From Clostridia bacterium (GTDB lineage: Bacteria > Bacillota > Clostridia > Oscillospirales > CAG-272): a stretch of DNA of 64,000 nt. The notes under the pieces were generated by a model that had not been told where the DNA came from, did no database searches, and saw only the letters and a list, made by a program, of their open reading frames with translations. Of this stretch, positions 18,138 through 28,028 are shown piece after piece. Positions within the stretch are counted from its first letter, which is position 1. Each line of letters begins with the position of its first letter. Where the stretch lies: NCBI GenBank assembly GCA_017502135.1, contig JAFVVP010000005.1, positions 180,811 to 244,810 of the forward strand, read 5' to 3'. The position numbers and the translations under genes were made by a program.

Positions 18138-20907
18138 TGATCGATCCACGCAGGCTGAAACGGATTTTTTGCCGGATGATACTACACCTGAAAACGATCA
18201 TATAGAACGCGACATACTCCCGGACGAGACGCCGCCCCCTCCCTCTTTCCGCGAAAAGCAGCGCTCGTATTGGAAAGATCACAAATATCTTCTCGCCTGC
18301 TTTTTTGTCCCGGCGGCTATTATGCTTCTCATCCACATCGCCATGGGTGTCTGGCCGTTCGGCGAGGAGTCGGTTCTCGTTCTTGATCTGAACGGGCAAT
18401 ACGTTTTTTATTTTGAGGAGCTTCGCGATCTCCTTCGCGGAGACGGCAGTTTCATATACTCTTTTGAGCGCGCACTTGGCGGCGAGTTTTTGGGAATCGT
18501 TGCTTACTACCTCGCAAGCCCGTTCTCTTTTATCGTAGCGCTGTTCCCCGAGGGCATGATCACCGAATCCCTTTTAACCCTTTTTGTCTTAAAAACCGGT
18601 CTTTGCGGACTCACGTTCGGGATCTATCTTCACAACACGCACAAAAGAAACCCCGTTGTCGCTGTTATCTTCTCTACGCTGTACGCGCTGACAGCCTATG
18701 CTGTCGTCTATCAGCACAACACAATGTGGATCGACAACGTTTTCTTCTTGCCGCTTATCCTCCTCGGAATCGAGTCAATGATCAAATACGGCAAATATAA
18801 ACTATTCGTCATTACGCTCTCCTTGGCGGTGATCAGCAATTTCTACATCGGATACATGACCTGCATTTTCGTTGCGGTATATTTCTTCTATGCGTATTTC
18901 ACACGCACGCCCGAAGAAAGAAATCCGCTCGGTGTCAGATATCATTTCCCGAAATCGCTTGCACGCATCGCTGTCTTCTCCGTTATCGTGCTTTTGATTT
19001 CTGCGATCATCCTTTTGCCGGCTTATTACTCTCTCACGTTCGGCAAAACAGAATTCTCAAACCCGAAATTCGGTCTGTCGCAGAAATTTGACTTTATGGA
19101 TCTTCTTTCCATGATGTACTTCGGTTCCTACGACACAGTCCGACCGGAAGGACTCCCGCTCATTTACACCAGCATGCTCACTTTTCTGCTTTTTCCGCTT
19201 TATTTCTTTGCACCGCATATCAAAACACGCGAAAAGCTCGGCACCGGTATTCTCATCGCCTTTTTCGTTTTCAGTTTCAACGCCACCACACTTGATTTGG
19301 TGTGGCACGGATTCCAGCGGCCCAACTGGCTTAATTACCGATACAGTTTTATGCTGTGCTTTATCTTCATTCTCATGGCGTATAAAGCACTCGAGAAGCT
19401 TCGCGAGATCGGTTATCGGCACGTGATCTTTTCCGCGTCGGGAATCGCGGGAATACTCCTCATCCTGCAGAAACTCGATTACGAAAACCTTCCCGATCTT
19501 TCAGCCGTTTGGGTCTCACTCCTATTCATCGGTGTATATTTGTGCGTCATGCGTGCCGCTGCATCAAAATCAGATTATACGCGCCAAACGGCTTCACTTG
19601 TCCTCGTTATCGTTGTCTGCCTGGAGACATTCTGTGCCGGCTACCACAATCTCGTCTCGCTGGACAAAGACGTAGTCGTGTCCACGAGAGATTCCTACCG
19701 TTCGGTTATTGACCGTTTGCAGCCGGTGGTCGATCTCGTAAAAGAAGAAGACGATTCCTTCTACCGCATGGAAAAAACCACTCACCGCAACACAAACGAT
19801 AACTTTACCCTCGGCATGCGCGGCGTATCCAACTCGACCAGCACGCTGAATGCCAAGGTTATTAAATTTTTGAACCAGATGGGTATTGCATCGAAGTCCC
19901 ACTGGTCGAAATACGTCGGCGGCACACCGGTGTTTGATTCCCTCCTCGGCATCAAATATCTGATCACAGATCAGAACGCAAAAGTCTCTCCTCTGTATGA
20001 AAACACCTACACTTCCGACAGCAATCTTCTCGTTTACAAAAACCCCTATGCACTGTCGATCGCTTACGGTGTGAACAAGAATCTTTCCACACTCGATTTA
20101 AGCGACCCGCTTTATAATTCTCCTTTTGTTCGGATGAATTATATCATCGGCGAGATGATGGGCGCAGAAAAGGCTTCTGAAGTGTTCAAGCCCATTGAGA
20201 TCGAAAGCACCGCTCTTGACAACTGCCGCAAGGCCGGCGTTGTCGACCATACGAAATACGCACAAATCAACGCAGACAGTGATTCGTTCGTAACGTTCAC
20301 GCTCCACGCACCGGCAGACGGATATATTTACTGTTATTTTCCGAGCGAATACCCTCGTGAAGCAACGCTAGTTATCAACGGCAACAACGTTGGAAATTTC
20401 TTCGGAAACGATACGTTTGCTGTAAAGACCGCCGGTCCTTTCACTGCCGGTCAGAAGATCACGGTTGCGCTCAAGCTCTTGAAAACCGACCTCTATCTTG
20501 CAGAAAACGAATACTTCTTCTACTATCTCGATGAAGAAGCATTCAAAACTTCCATGGAAACAATCGGTACCTCCCAGTTCAACATCGAATCGTACACAGA
20601 AGATTCCCTTTACGGAACGATAAATATTGCCGACGACCAAAAATTCGTATTCACCTCCATCCCTTACGATGCCGGTTGGATCGTTAGAGTCGATGGCGAA
20701 ACGGTAAGGACTTCCATGGTTCTTGATGCCCTCCTGTGCTTTGAGATTCCGTCCGCAGGCGAGCATACACTCTCCCTTGAATACCGGCCGGACTGCGTAA
20801 GATACGGCGTTATATTATGTATCGTTGGTATCGCATCCTTTGCTGCAATCTGGACAGCAGAAGTACTCCTCAAGAGAAGAAACCCAAAGAAAGGATGTGA
20901 GTTATAA
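18130..20907 (+). CDS. YfhO-family polytopic membrane protein (glycosyltransferase-like)
   Basis: 925 aa with many TM helices in the N-terminal two-thirds and a large C-terminal extracytoplasmic domain ending in a TM helix, which is the YfhO architecture. ATGACTGA overlap with the DUF951 gene. Confidence 0.75.
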   Translation: MTDDRSTQAETDFLPDDTTPENDHIERDILPDETPPPPSFREKQRSYWKDHKYLLACFFVPAAIMLLIHIAMGVWPFGEESVLVLDLNGQYVFYFEELRDLLRGDGSFIYSFERALGGEFLGIVAYYLASPFSFIVALFPEGMITESLLTLFVLKTGLCGLTFGIYLHNTHKRNPVVAVIFSTLYALTAYAVVYQHNTMWIDNVFFLPLILLGIESMIKYGKYKLFVITLSLAVISNFYIGYMTCIFVAVYFFYAYFTRTPEERNPLGVRYHFPKSLARIAVFSVIVLLISAIILLPAYYSLTFGKTEFSNPKFGLSQKFDFMDLLSMMYFGSYDTVRPEGLPLIYTSMLTFLLFPLYFFAPHIKTREKLGTGILIAFFVFSFNATTLDLVWHGFQRPNWLNYRYSFMLCFIFILMAYKALEKLREIGYRHVIFSASGIAGILLILQKLDYENLPDLSAVWVSLLFIGVYLCVMRAAASKSDYTRQTASLVLVIVVCLETFCAGYHNLVSLDKDVVVSTRDSYRSVIDRLQPVVDLVKEEDDSFYRMEKTTHRNTNDNFTLGMRGVSNSTSTLNAKVIKFLNQMGIASKSHWSKYVGGTPVFDSLLGIKYLITDQNAKVSPLYENTYTSDSNLLVYKNPYALSIAYGVNKNLSTLDLSDPLYNSPFVRMNYIIGEMMGAEKASEVFKPIEIESTALDNCRKAGVVDHTKYAQINADSDSFVTFTLHAPADGYIYCYFPSEYPREATLVINGNNVGNFFGNDTFAVKTAGPFTAGQKITVALKLLKTDLYLAENEYFFYYLDEEAFKTSMETIGTSQFNIESYTEDSLYGTINIADDQKFVFTSIPYDAGWIVRVDGETVRTSMVLDALLCFEIPSAGEHTLSLEYRPDCVRYGVILCIVGIASFAAIWTAEVLLKRRNPKKGCEL

Positions 20908-21527
20908 TGATATATTGCCTCACAGGTACGCTCATTCACGTCGATACTTTAGCCTATGTGGCCGTTATTGACTGTGGCGGCGTAGGATACAAGGTAAACG
21001 TCACATCTAATACGCTCACCAAACTTCCCCTTTCTGCTGATAAGCCCGTAGAAGTCCGCTTGTACACCCATATGCAGGTACGTGAAGACGGAATAGATCT
21101 GTTCGGTTTTTTCTCGACGGAAGAGCTTTCGATGTTCAAACTTCTCATCACGGTTTCCGGCGTCGGCCCAAAAGCCGCTATGTCCATCCTCTCTCTTATG
21201 ACGCCGGAGAAACTTTCGACAGCGATTACCGCCGAAGATGCCAAGGCAATCGCCAAGGCGCCGAACGTCGGGCCTAAAACGGCAGCACGCATCATTCTCG
21301 ATCTCAAAGATAAAGTTGCAAAAAGCTTCCCTGTTTCCCCCGACACAGATACGGGTATCCGCGTAGACACAGCACCCTTAACCAGCGGGAAACTCGAAGA
21401 CGCGCAGGCGGCACTTCTTGTCCTCGGATACGCAAAGCCCGAGGTTACAAAAGCGCTTTCAAAAGTCGACACGAGCGCCTCACTCGAGGACATCATCCGT
21501 GCAGCACTTGCCGTTCTGATGAGATAA
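20907..21527 (+). CDS. ruvA: Holliday junction helicase subunit RuvA
   Basis: MIYCLTGTL...GVGYKV... and HhH motifs (VSGVGPKAAMSIL, APNVGPKTAARI). TAATG overlap with the yfhO stop. Confidence 0.9.
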   Translation: MIYCLTGTLIHVDTLAYVAVIDCGGVGYKVNVTSNTLTKLPLSADKPVEVRLYTHMQVREDGIDLFGFFSTEELSMFKLLITVSGVGPKAAMSILSLMTPEKLSTAITAEDAKAIAKAPNVGPKTAARIILDLKDKVAKSFPVSPDTDTGIRVDTAPLTSGKLEDAQAALLVLGYAKPEVTKALSKVDTSASLEDIIRAALAVLMR

Positions 21528-21578
21528 CACCGCCTACTCTCGCGTTCATTTACTCCGCTTAAACGAAAGGACGTCTCT

Positions 21579-22646
21579 ATGGATACGGAATTTGATTTTG
21601 AGAATCGGATTGTTACAACCGACTGCATTTCTGAGGACAGTGAGAACGAACTGAGTCTCCGCCCTCACACTCTCGAAGAGTACGTCGGTCAGGCCAAATC
21701 CAAAGACATACTGAAAATTTATATTGAGGCCGCAAAACTGCGCGGAGAGTGCCTCGATCACGTTCTGCTATACGGACCGCCCGGTCTCGGCAAAACGACA
21801 CTTTCTGCCATTATCGCAGCGGAACTCGGCGTAAATCTCCGTGTTACTTCAGGCCCCGCGATTGAAAAACAGGGCGATCTCGCGGCCCTCCTCACAAATC
21901 TTGGAGAGGGCGACGTACTTTTTATTGACGAAATTCATCGGCTCTCCCGCTCGGTAGAAGAGATCCTGTATCCCGCCATGGAGGATTACGCCCTCGACAT
22001 CATTATCGGTAAAGGACCTTCCGCGCGCAGTATCAGAGTACCTCTGCCCCACTTCACGCTGGTGGGCGCCACCACGCGTGCGGGACAACTCACAACACCG
22101 CTTCGTGACCGATTCGGCGTTCTTTTGAAGCTCGAACTCTACACAACGGATGAACTTGCACAGATCGTTCAGAGAAGTGCGAGAATCTTGAACGTTCCTA
22201 TTACCGAGGACGGCGCGATTGAAATTGCCTCCAGATCGCGCGGCACACCGCGAATCGCCAATCGCTTTTTGAAACGTGTTCGTGACTTCGCGCAGGTCAA
22301 AGGCGACGGTACGATCACGCTGGAATCCGCAAGAGAAGCCCTTTCTATGCTCGAGGTTGATGAGTTAGGCCTCGACAATATCGACAGACGCATGCTCCAC
22401 ACGATCATCAACATATACGGCGGCGGTCCCGTTGGTCTCGATACGCTTGCCGCCACCGTCGGTGAGGAACCCATAACGCTGGAAGATGTGTACGAGCCTT
22501 ATCTCATGCAGATCGGTTTTTTGAGCCGCACCCCCCGCGGCAGATGCGTAACGAAGCTGGGATACGATCATTTAGGTCTCCCCTATACGGCGCCCTCCAC
22601 CAAAAACAATATGCAAATTGAAATGGATGATACGACAGATGAGTGA
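21579..22646 (+). CDS. ruvB: Holliday junction helicase subunit RuvB
   Basis: [12 protein letters not shown], Walker [10 protein letters not shown], Walker B LFIDEIHR and the sensor region GATTR. Confidence 0.95.
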   Translation: MDTEFDFENRIVTTDCISEDSENELSLRPHTLEEYVGQAKSKDILKIYIEAAKLRGECLDHVLLYGPPGLGKTTLSAIIAAELGVNLRVTSGPAIEKQGDLAALLTNLGEGDVLFIDEIHRLSRSVEEILYPAMEDYALDIIIGKGPSARSIRVPLPHFTLVGATTRAGQLTTPLRDRFGVLLKLELYTTDELAQIVQRSARILNVPITEDGAIEIASRSRGTPRIANRFLKRVRDFAQVKGDGTITLESAREALSMLEVDELGLDNIDRRMLHTIINIYGGGPVGLDTLAATVGEEPITLEDVYEPYLMQIGFLSRTPRGRCVTKLGYDHLGLPYTAPSTKNNMQIEMDDTTDE

Positions 22647-23355
22647 AAACAACGTTCATGCAGGTCACAGAGAACGCCTGCGCACCAGATACAAGCGCTG
22701 CGGATTTGACGACTTTCAGGAGCATGAAGTTCTGGAACTGCTCCTGTTCTATTCAATTCCCCGTGCTAATACAAACCCGCTCGCACATAATCTTTTGAAT
22801 CATTTTGGCTCTCTTTATGCCGTTATGAATGCAAGCTACGAGGCGCTTTGTGAGGTTGAGGGCGTGGGACCGGCAAGTGCCGCTTTAATCCGCACGGTGG
22901 CTGACAGTGCGAGAGCCGCAAAACTGAAAGAACTCGCAAACGAACCGCTCCTCTCGCCTGAAAAACTGTATATTTACGCTGCGGAATGGTTTTTAGGCAA
23001 ACCACACGGCACGGTAGCTGTTTTACTCCTTGATGCAAAACGAAAAATTATAACCGTGCGTACGATCGCAGAGGAACATCTCCGTTTGCCGGCATCCTTT
23101 CCGGAAGAAATACTACGTCTCTGCCAGCAAATGGACGCGTCAAACGTTGTTCTTATGCACAACCACGTGGACGGTGTTATGGAGCCATCTTACGAGGACA
23201 TATATCTCACACGCGAGATCTACCGCATACTAAAAGACAACGGCATCACACTCCTCGAGCATATGATCGTCCACGAACTGGACGCCATCCCTTGCCTGAA
23301 CATTTCTATGAACGAAGAAGTTTCCGGATTCCCGACGAAATACAAAAAGCAATAA
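22639..23355 (+). CDS. radC: RadC-family JAB/MPN domain protein
   Basis: ORF 22618..23355, with the start moved to MSENN (ATGAGTGA overlap with the ruvB stop). N-terminal GHRERLR and HhH region. JAMM-type [14 protein letters not shown] motif is intact. Confidence 0.8.
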   Translation: MSENNVHAGHRERLRTRYKRCGFDDFQEHEVLELLLFYSIPRANTNPLAHNLLNHFGSLYAVMNASYEALCEVEGVGPASAALIRTVADSARAAKLKELANEPLLSPEKLYIYAAEWFLGKPHGTVAVLLLDAKRKIITVRTIAEEHLRLPASFPEEILRLCQQMDASNVVLMHNHVDGVMEPSYEDIYLTREIYRILKDNGITLLEHMIVHELDAIPCLNISMNEEVSGFPTKYKKQ

Positions 23356-23387
23356 CAAAAAGGCACCGGTGAAAGGTGCCTTTTTTG
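23355..23387. terminator. bidirectional intrinsic terminator between convergent radC and the DUF4097 gene
   Basis: A-tract, stem GGCACC (23362-23367) paired with GGTGCC (23375-23380), then TTTTTT (23381-23386). Confidence 0.8.
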
Positions 23388-23401
23388 TCAAAACACGCCT
23401 A

Positions 23402-24364
23402 TTAGCGGCGTATTTCTATTTTGATATTACCTGTATCGGTAGTAATCTCACATCTGCCGCCGCTCACGGAATCGGGCACATCAATACGTCCCGTGTCGGA
23501 TCGCGTTATGAACACCTTTTCCGAAAGAAGCGTTCCTTTCACGTCGCCCGTATCTGTTACAATAAAAAGTTCAGCGGCATCCGCACTGTTAAACCGTACG
23601 TCGCCGGTACTTCTTTCAACGGAAAGTTTTCCATCCGCAATCACGTTCGTAAAAAGTATATCGCCCGTGTTGCCTGTCGAAACGAAGCTTTTGCACGTAA
23701 GATCGGAAAGTTGTGCTTTGCCAGTACTTACGCGGACCTCAACGTCACCATCGCATTTCACATTGGATACACTTACTTTACCTGTTGAAACAGCAAGATC
23801 GAGCACACCGGCAGATATGTCTCGGACAGAGATATCGCCCGTACTCGTCTTAATTTTCAAGCATCCCGATACGAACGCACTGCATGTGATATCTCCCGTA
23901 CTTGCCTCAATTTCAACGCTTTCAAAGGAGAAACCGCCCGGTATTTCTATGTTGCCCGTGCTCTCTTTCACAGAAAGGCGGGCATAATCCCCGGTGGGCA
24001 AATATACAGTTATCGCCGGTTTACCGAACGAAATGATTCGCTCGTGCCATTTTCTCGTATCGACAAGTTCAATGAGAAGCGTACCGTTCTCTACCCCGAC
24101 CGCATGCTTTGCGCTCTCTTGCTCGTAGCAGATAATAGACGTTTTTCCGTCCTTAGACGGTCTGAACACAATATCGGCAGTATCACTGGCAATCGCAATA
24201 TCCCTGTACCGATCGTCTATCTCATAGCGATTTCTTTCGTACTGTACCGCAGACAGCTGCTTCACATCCCAGCCGACCGCAAGCATAACGCCGCCGACGA
24301 GAATGAGCCCGGCGGCGATAAGCAAAGCCGCAAAAACGATCCATTTTACCGTTTCGTTACCCAT
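23402..24364 (-). CDS. DUF4097-family beta-strand-repeat protein (putative adhesin fold), membrane-anchored
   Basis: N-terminal TM helix, then many repeats of the STGDI/STGKV-type motif characteristic of DUF4097. Confidence 0.75.
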   Translation of the reverse strand: MGNETVKWIVFAALLIAAGLILVGGVMLAVGWDVKQLSAVQYERNRYEIDDRYRDIAIASDTADIVFRPSKDGKTSIICYEQESAKHAVGVENGTLLIELVDTRKWHERIISFGKPAITVYLPTGDYARLSVKESTGNIEIPGGFSFESVEIEASTGDITCSAFVSGCLKIKTSTGDISVRDISAGVLDLAVSTGKVSVSNVKCDGDVEVRVSTGKAQLSDLTCKSFVSTGNTGDILFTNVIADGKLSVERSTGDVRFNSADAAELFIVTDTGDVKGTLLSEKVFITRSDTGRIDVPDSVSGGRCEITTDTGNIKIEIRR

Positions 24365-24995
24365 TATGTTTCACCTTTCGTTGAGAAGATTTTTTACACC
24401 TTACAAAAATGATTTTCGTGAGAAACCAAGCGCACTTTGTGGCCGCTGTAGAAAGGACAAACAAAAGAACGGAAACACCGGCGACAATAAGGGACGCGCC
24501 AAACGTGGCAACTGACGTTACGGTAAAGCCGCCGAGCGCAAAGCCTATCCCCGCCATAATACATCCAAGGGACGTGAGCGCTACCGCGCACCCCACCGCC
24601 CACAGGGATATGATCACTGCCCAGAGTGAAACGTACAACGATAAAACGACCGCAAAAACAGCAATGAGAATCGTGATCCACAAGGGAGCGCCAAGCACGA
24701 GAAGAAAGATTTCACCCGCTCTCATATGGCGTCTTGCTTTCTTTTCCTTTGCGTTTTCCGTTTCAATTTCCTCCCGAATCATTTCTTCCGTTTTGTCACG
24801 AGAAAACTCGGCTACGATTTCAGCAGAGATCTCGTCAAGGTTACCAACAGCCGAAACAGCCTCTCCCTCGCTCAGCCCTTCTTCCATTCGATCCTCGATC
24901 ATTTCTCTGTAAAAATGCAGGCGTTCTTGGGCGTCCTCTTTGGGCAAGGCGGATAATTTCGCCCGTAAGGCTTCAATAAATTCCGATTTATTCAT
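24357..24995 (-). CDS. DUF1700-family membrane protein (PadR-associated sensor-like)
   Basis: MNKSEFIEALRAKLSALPKEDAQERLHFYREMIEDRMEEG is the DUF1700 N-terminal signature, followed by C-terminal TM helices. ATGA overlap with padR. Confidence 0.75.
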   Translation of the reverse strand: MNKSEFIEALRAKLSALPKEDAQERLHFYREMIEDRMEEGLSEGEAVSAVGNLDEISAEIVAEFSRDKTEEMIREEIETENAKEKKARRHMRAGEIFLLVLGAPLWITILIAVFAVVLSLYVSLWAVIISLWAVGCAVALTSLGCIMAGIGFALGGFTVTSVATFGASLIVAGVSVLLFVLSTAATKCAWFLTKIIFVRCKKSSQRKVKHNG

Positions 24996-25309
24996 ACTTC
25001 TGCAGACTCCTTAATTATAAACTGATACATAAGCATGACTTCTCGCCACTCATCCTTGAAATCTTCAATACGCCCGAGCCCTGCCTTCGTGATATGATAA
25101 TACTTACGAAGTCTGCCTCCGTGCTCCGCCGTACACACCGTGAGCATATTTGCCGTCTCAAGACGTTTCAAAATGGTGTATAAGGTCGACTCCGAAAGTT
25201 CAAAATACGGCTTTACATCTTTAATAATTTTATACCCGTATGAATCTTCGTTTTTAATCGCGGCCAAAACGCACACGTCCAAAAGTCCGCGTTTCAACTG
25301 AACATCCAT
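24992..25309 (-). CDS. PadR-family transcriptional regulator
   Basis: 105 aa winged-helix protein: ..LDVCVLAAIKNEDSYGYKIIKDV...SESTLYTILKRLE...RKYYHITKAG. Confidence 0.9.
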   Translation of the reverse strand: MDVQLKRGLLDVCVLAAIKNEDSYGYKIIKDVKPYFELSESTLYTILKRLETANMLTVCTAEHGGRLRKYYHITKAGLGRIEDFKDEWREVMLMYQFIIKESAEV

Positions 25310-25323
25310 TGTATACCTCCTTT

Positions 25324-25354
25324 CACAATATACATCATATCACGATGTATTGTG
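25324..25354. promoter_or_regulatory. imperfect inverted repeat overlapping the padR -10 box (candidate PadR operator)
   Basis: CACAATA(TA)CATC (25324-25336) versus GATGTATTGTG (25344-25354). The core is ACATC-N7-GATGT. Confidence 0.4.
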
Positions 25355-25362
25355 CTTGTCAA
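25334..25362 (-). promoter_or_regulatory. sigma-A promoter of the padR-DUF1700-DUF4097 operon
   Basis: Minus strand: TTGACA (25362-25357), 17 nt spacer, TATGAT (25339-25334). Confidence 0.6.
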
Positions 25363-25367
25363 GAAAA

Positions 25368-25406
25368 AACAAAAAAAGACAGTATTATTTCGCATACTGT
25401 CTTTTT
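25368..25406 (-). terminator. intrinsic terminator after recR
   Basis: Stem AGACAGTAT (25377-25385) paired with ATACTGTCT (25394-25402). The A-run at 25370-25376 gives the U-tract on the minus strand. Confidence 0.75.
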
Positions 25407-25425
25407 ACTACGGCGATTTCCGCCA

Positions 25426-26028
25426 TCAATTCATATCGTATCTGCCTTCAAGAGCACGTTTAAGGGTGATTTCGTCCGTGTATTCCAAGTCCCCGCCTAC
25501 GGGCACACCGTTGGCAATGCGGCTGATTTTCACGCCGTACGGCGCTATCTGACGGGACAAATACATAGCGGTTGCCTCGCCCTCCACCGTAGAATTGGTG
25601 GCAAGGATTACCTCACCAACGCCGCCTTCCTCGATGCGAGCCATCAACTCCTTGATCTTCAGTTGATCCGGTCCGATACGGCGCATAGGTGAAATCGCAC
25701 CGTGCAAAACATGATATACCCCGCGATAACCGTGCATTTTTTCAAACGCGATAACCGCGCGCGGATCCTCTACAACACAAATCACGCTTTCGTCGCGATC
25801 GTCGGAACGACAGATATTGCAAAGTGTATCGGTCGTTATGTTCTGACAGCATTCGCACAGATTAATATCCGTTTTTGCGGCAATGAGCGCGTCGGCGAAA
25901 TCGCGAACCTCTTCTTCCGAAAAGTTCATCACGCAGAACGCAAGACGGACAGCGGTTTTCGCCCCAATTCCATCAAGCTTTCGGAATTTATCTGCCAGCC
26001 GCTGCAAAGGCTCAATATATTCCGTCAT
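25426..26028 (-). CDS. recR: recombination protein RecR
   Basis: HhH N-terminus (LDGIGAKTA), a C4 zinc finger (CECCQN...CNIC) and a Toprim region. Confidence 0.95.
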   Translation of the reverse strand: MTEYIEPLQRLADKFRKLDGIGAKTAVRLAFCVMNFSEEEVRDFADALIAAKTDINLCECCQNITTDTLCNICRSDDRDESVICVVEDPRAVIAFEKMHGYRGVYHVLHGAISPMRRIGPDQLKIKELMARIEEGGVGEVILATNSTVEGEATAMYLSRQIAPYGVKISRIANGVPVGGDLEYTDEITLKRALEGRYDMN

Positions 26029-26030
26029 AC

Positions 26031-26387
26031 TTAAAACATGCCGGGCATACCGGGAATATTCATAGAACCGGTAACCTTAGCCATTTCCTCGTTGTTTGTT
26101 TCGTTTACTTTCTTGATCGCCTCGTTTACGCCTGCCACCAGAATATCGGAAAGCGTTTCAATATCATCCGGATCAACGATTTCCGGTTTTAGATCAATGG
26201 ATTTAATTTCCATCTTGCCGGTGATTTTTACGGTCACGACACCGCCGCCGGCAGAGACTTCATACACGCGTGCATCAAGTTCCTCCTGGAGCGTTGCGAT
26301 GTCCTCCTGCATCTTTTGCGCCTGGCGAAGCATGCTCTGCATATTCTGCGGTCCGCCGCCCATGCCTTTCGGGATTCTTGCTTTCAT
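26031..26387 (-). CDS. ybaB: YbaB/EbfC nucleoid-associated protein
   Basis: MQSMLRQAQKMQEDIATLQEELD...GGGVVTVKITG...; conserved dnaX-ybaB-recR order. Confidence 0.9.
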   Translation of the reverse strand: MKARIPKGMGGGPQNMQSMLRQAQKMQEDIATLQEELDARVYEVSAGGGVVTVKITGKMEIKSIDLKPEIVDPDDIETLSDILVAGVNEAIKKVNETNNEEMAKVTGSMNIPGMPGMF

Positions 26388-26408
26388 ATGTATTTCCTCC
26401 GCATTTGA

Positions 26409-27989
26409 TTATAAACTGTTATACAGATCTTCCGCTGCTGAATCGGAACTGAATTCTTTCATTTTTACTTCAACAATAATTTCTGCGGTGCCAGCGGTTA
26501 CTCTGCAAAGCGCCAAAGCATTCGCAATAGATGCCTTTGATTTTTCATCCGAAAGCATCTTTGCGGCGAAATCCGTTGCCACAGAGATACGTGCTTTCAT
26601 TCCGTTCGGCGAAACGAAAACGTCCGATTCCAGAAGAAAACTCTGTGCTCTCTTGTCAAACTTACCAAGCTTTTCAATCACTTCACTAATGTCCGGTACA
26701 AGTTCAAATTCATCTGCGGCATCATTGATGAGAGTTTTTTCGGGTATTATCTCAGAAATAGTTTCGTTAACTTTTTTCGGCTCGTCTCGGTGGACTTCTC
26801 TCTTTTCCTTATGCGTGGGAACTACAGACGCACCGATTTCCATGAGAGCAATGCGATCTTCCAACTGTCCAATGCGTGCGAGAAGCGCCTCAGTCGATTG
26901 ATCGAGCGCCGGCTCACACATACGAATAGAGGCAAATTCTGCGATCGTCCGCTTCATCTGCGGCGCACGCAGCATCGCCTGAAATGCCTGATCCAGAATA
27001 CTGCAGTGATAGGTCAGCGTTTTAATGTTGAATTTATCAGCGGCATCAAGAAGAAGCGCGCACTCCTGACTCGTAAGATCAAGATAGGAAACAACGTCGT
27101 CTGCGTATTTCCCCACCATCATATCCCGATAGAAGGACGTCAGCTCCTGCCAGAACACGGTGATGTCCTTAGAAGAGGCGACCACATCGGAAATCACGGA
27201 AAACATTGCCTTAATATCTCCGTGCGAAAGCGAAAGAACGGCATCGTGCAGAAACGCATAACTACTGAGTCCGAGAATGTCCCTGACTCGATCGATCGTT
27301 ACGTCCGCACCGCCGCCGCTGCAAAGTTCGAAAAGATTGATAGCATCACGCATACCGCCCTGCGCCTGGCGAGCAATTTGCTGTGCCGCTTCTTCTTCGA
27401 GGAGAATGTTCTCATTTTTTGCGATATACATTAAGCGTTCGGTCAAAACGGAAAGAGAAATCCGCCTGAAATCAAAGCGCTGACAACGGGAAACGATCGT
27501 CGTAGGCAGTTTGTGCATTTCCGTTGTAGCGAGAATAAACACCACGTGCTCCGGCGGTTCCTCGAGCGTTTTGAGAAGTGCGTTAAACGCGCTGGTAGAC
27601 AGCATATGTACCTCGTCAATGATGTACACGCGTCGCTTCAGCATCGCCGGTGTGTAAGAAACCTCGTCGCGGATATCACGGATATAGTCTACGCCGTTGT
27701 TGGAGGCCGCGTCCATTTCAAGAACGTCCGGCGCACTGGCAGAATCAATGGCGCGGCAAGAGGGGCACTCACAGCAAGGATTTCCGCCTTTAGGGTTCTC
27801 ACAGTTCACCGCTTTGGCCAAAATTTTTGCGCACGTCGTTTTTCCTGTTCCGCGGGAGCCGCAAAACAGATATGCATGAGAAACACGCCCGTTTTCAGTC
27901 TGGTATTTTAAAACAGAGGTGATATGCTCCTGCCCGCACACATCATCAAATACGGTTGGTCGGTATTTTCTGTACAGTGCCTGATACAT
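26409..27989 (-). CDS. dnaX: DNA polymerase III subunit gamma/tau
   Basis: MYQALYRKYRPTVFDDVCGQEH, Walker A GSRGTGKTT, a zinc module (CENPKGGNPCCECPSC) and IIDEVHML. Confidence 0.95.
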   Translation of the reverse strand: MYQALYRKYRPTVFDDVCGQEHITSVLKYQTENGRVSHAYLFCGSRGTGKTTCAKILAKAVNCENPKGGNPCCECPSCRAIDSASAPDVLEMDAASNNGVDYIRDIRDEVSYTPAMLKRRVYIIDEVHMLSTSAFNALLKTLEEPPEHVVFILATTEMHKLPTTIVSRCQRFDFRRISLSVLTERLMYIAKNENILLEEEAAQQIARQAQGGMRDAINLFELCSGGGADVTIDRVRDILGLSSYAFLHDAVLSLSHGDIKAMFSVISDVVASSKDITVFWQELTSFYRDMMVGKYADDVVSYLDLTSQECALLLDAADKFNIKTLTYHCSILDQAFQAMLRAPQMKRTIAEFASIRMCEPALDQSTEALLARIGQLEDRIALMEIGASVVPTHKEKREVHRDEPKKVNETISEIIPEKTLINDAADEFELVPDISEVIEKLGKFDKRAQSFLLESDVFVSPNGMKARISVATDFAAKMLSDEKSKASIANALALCRVTAGTAEIIVEVKMKEFSSDSAAEDLYNSL

Positions 27990-28028
27990 ATAGGCGTGCT
28001 CCTTTCATGTATTTGTTAGTAAAACAAT

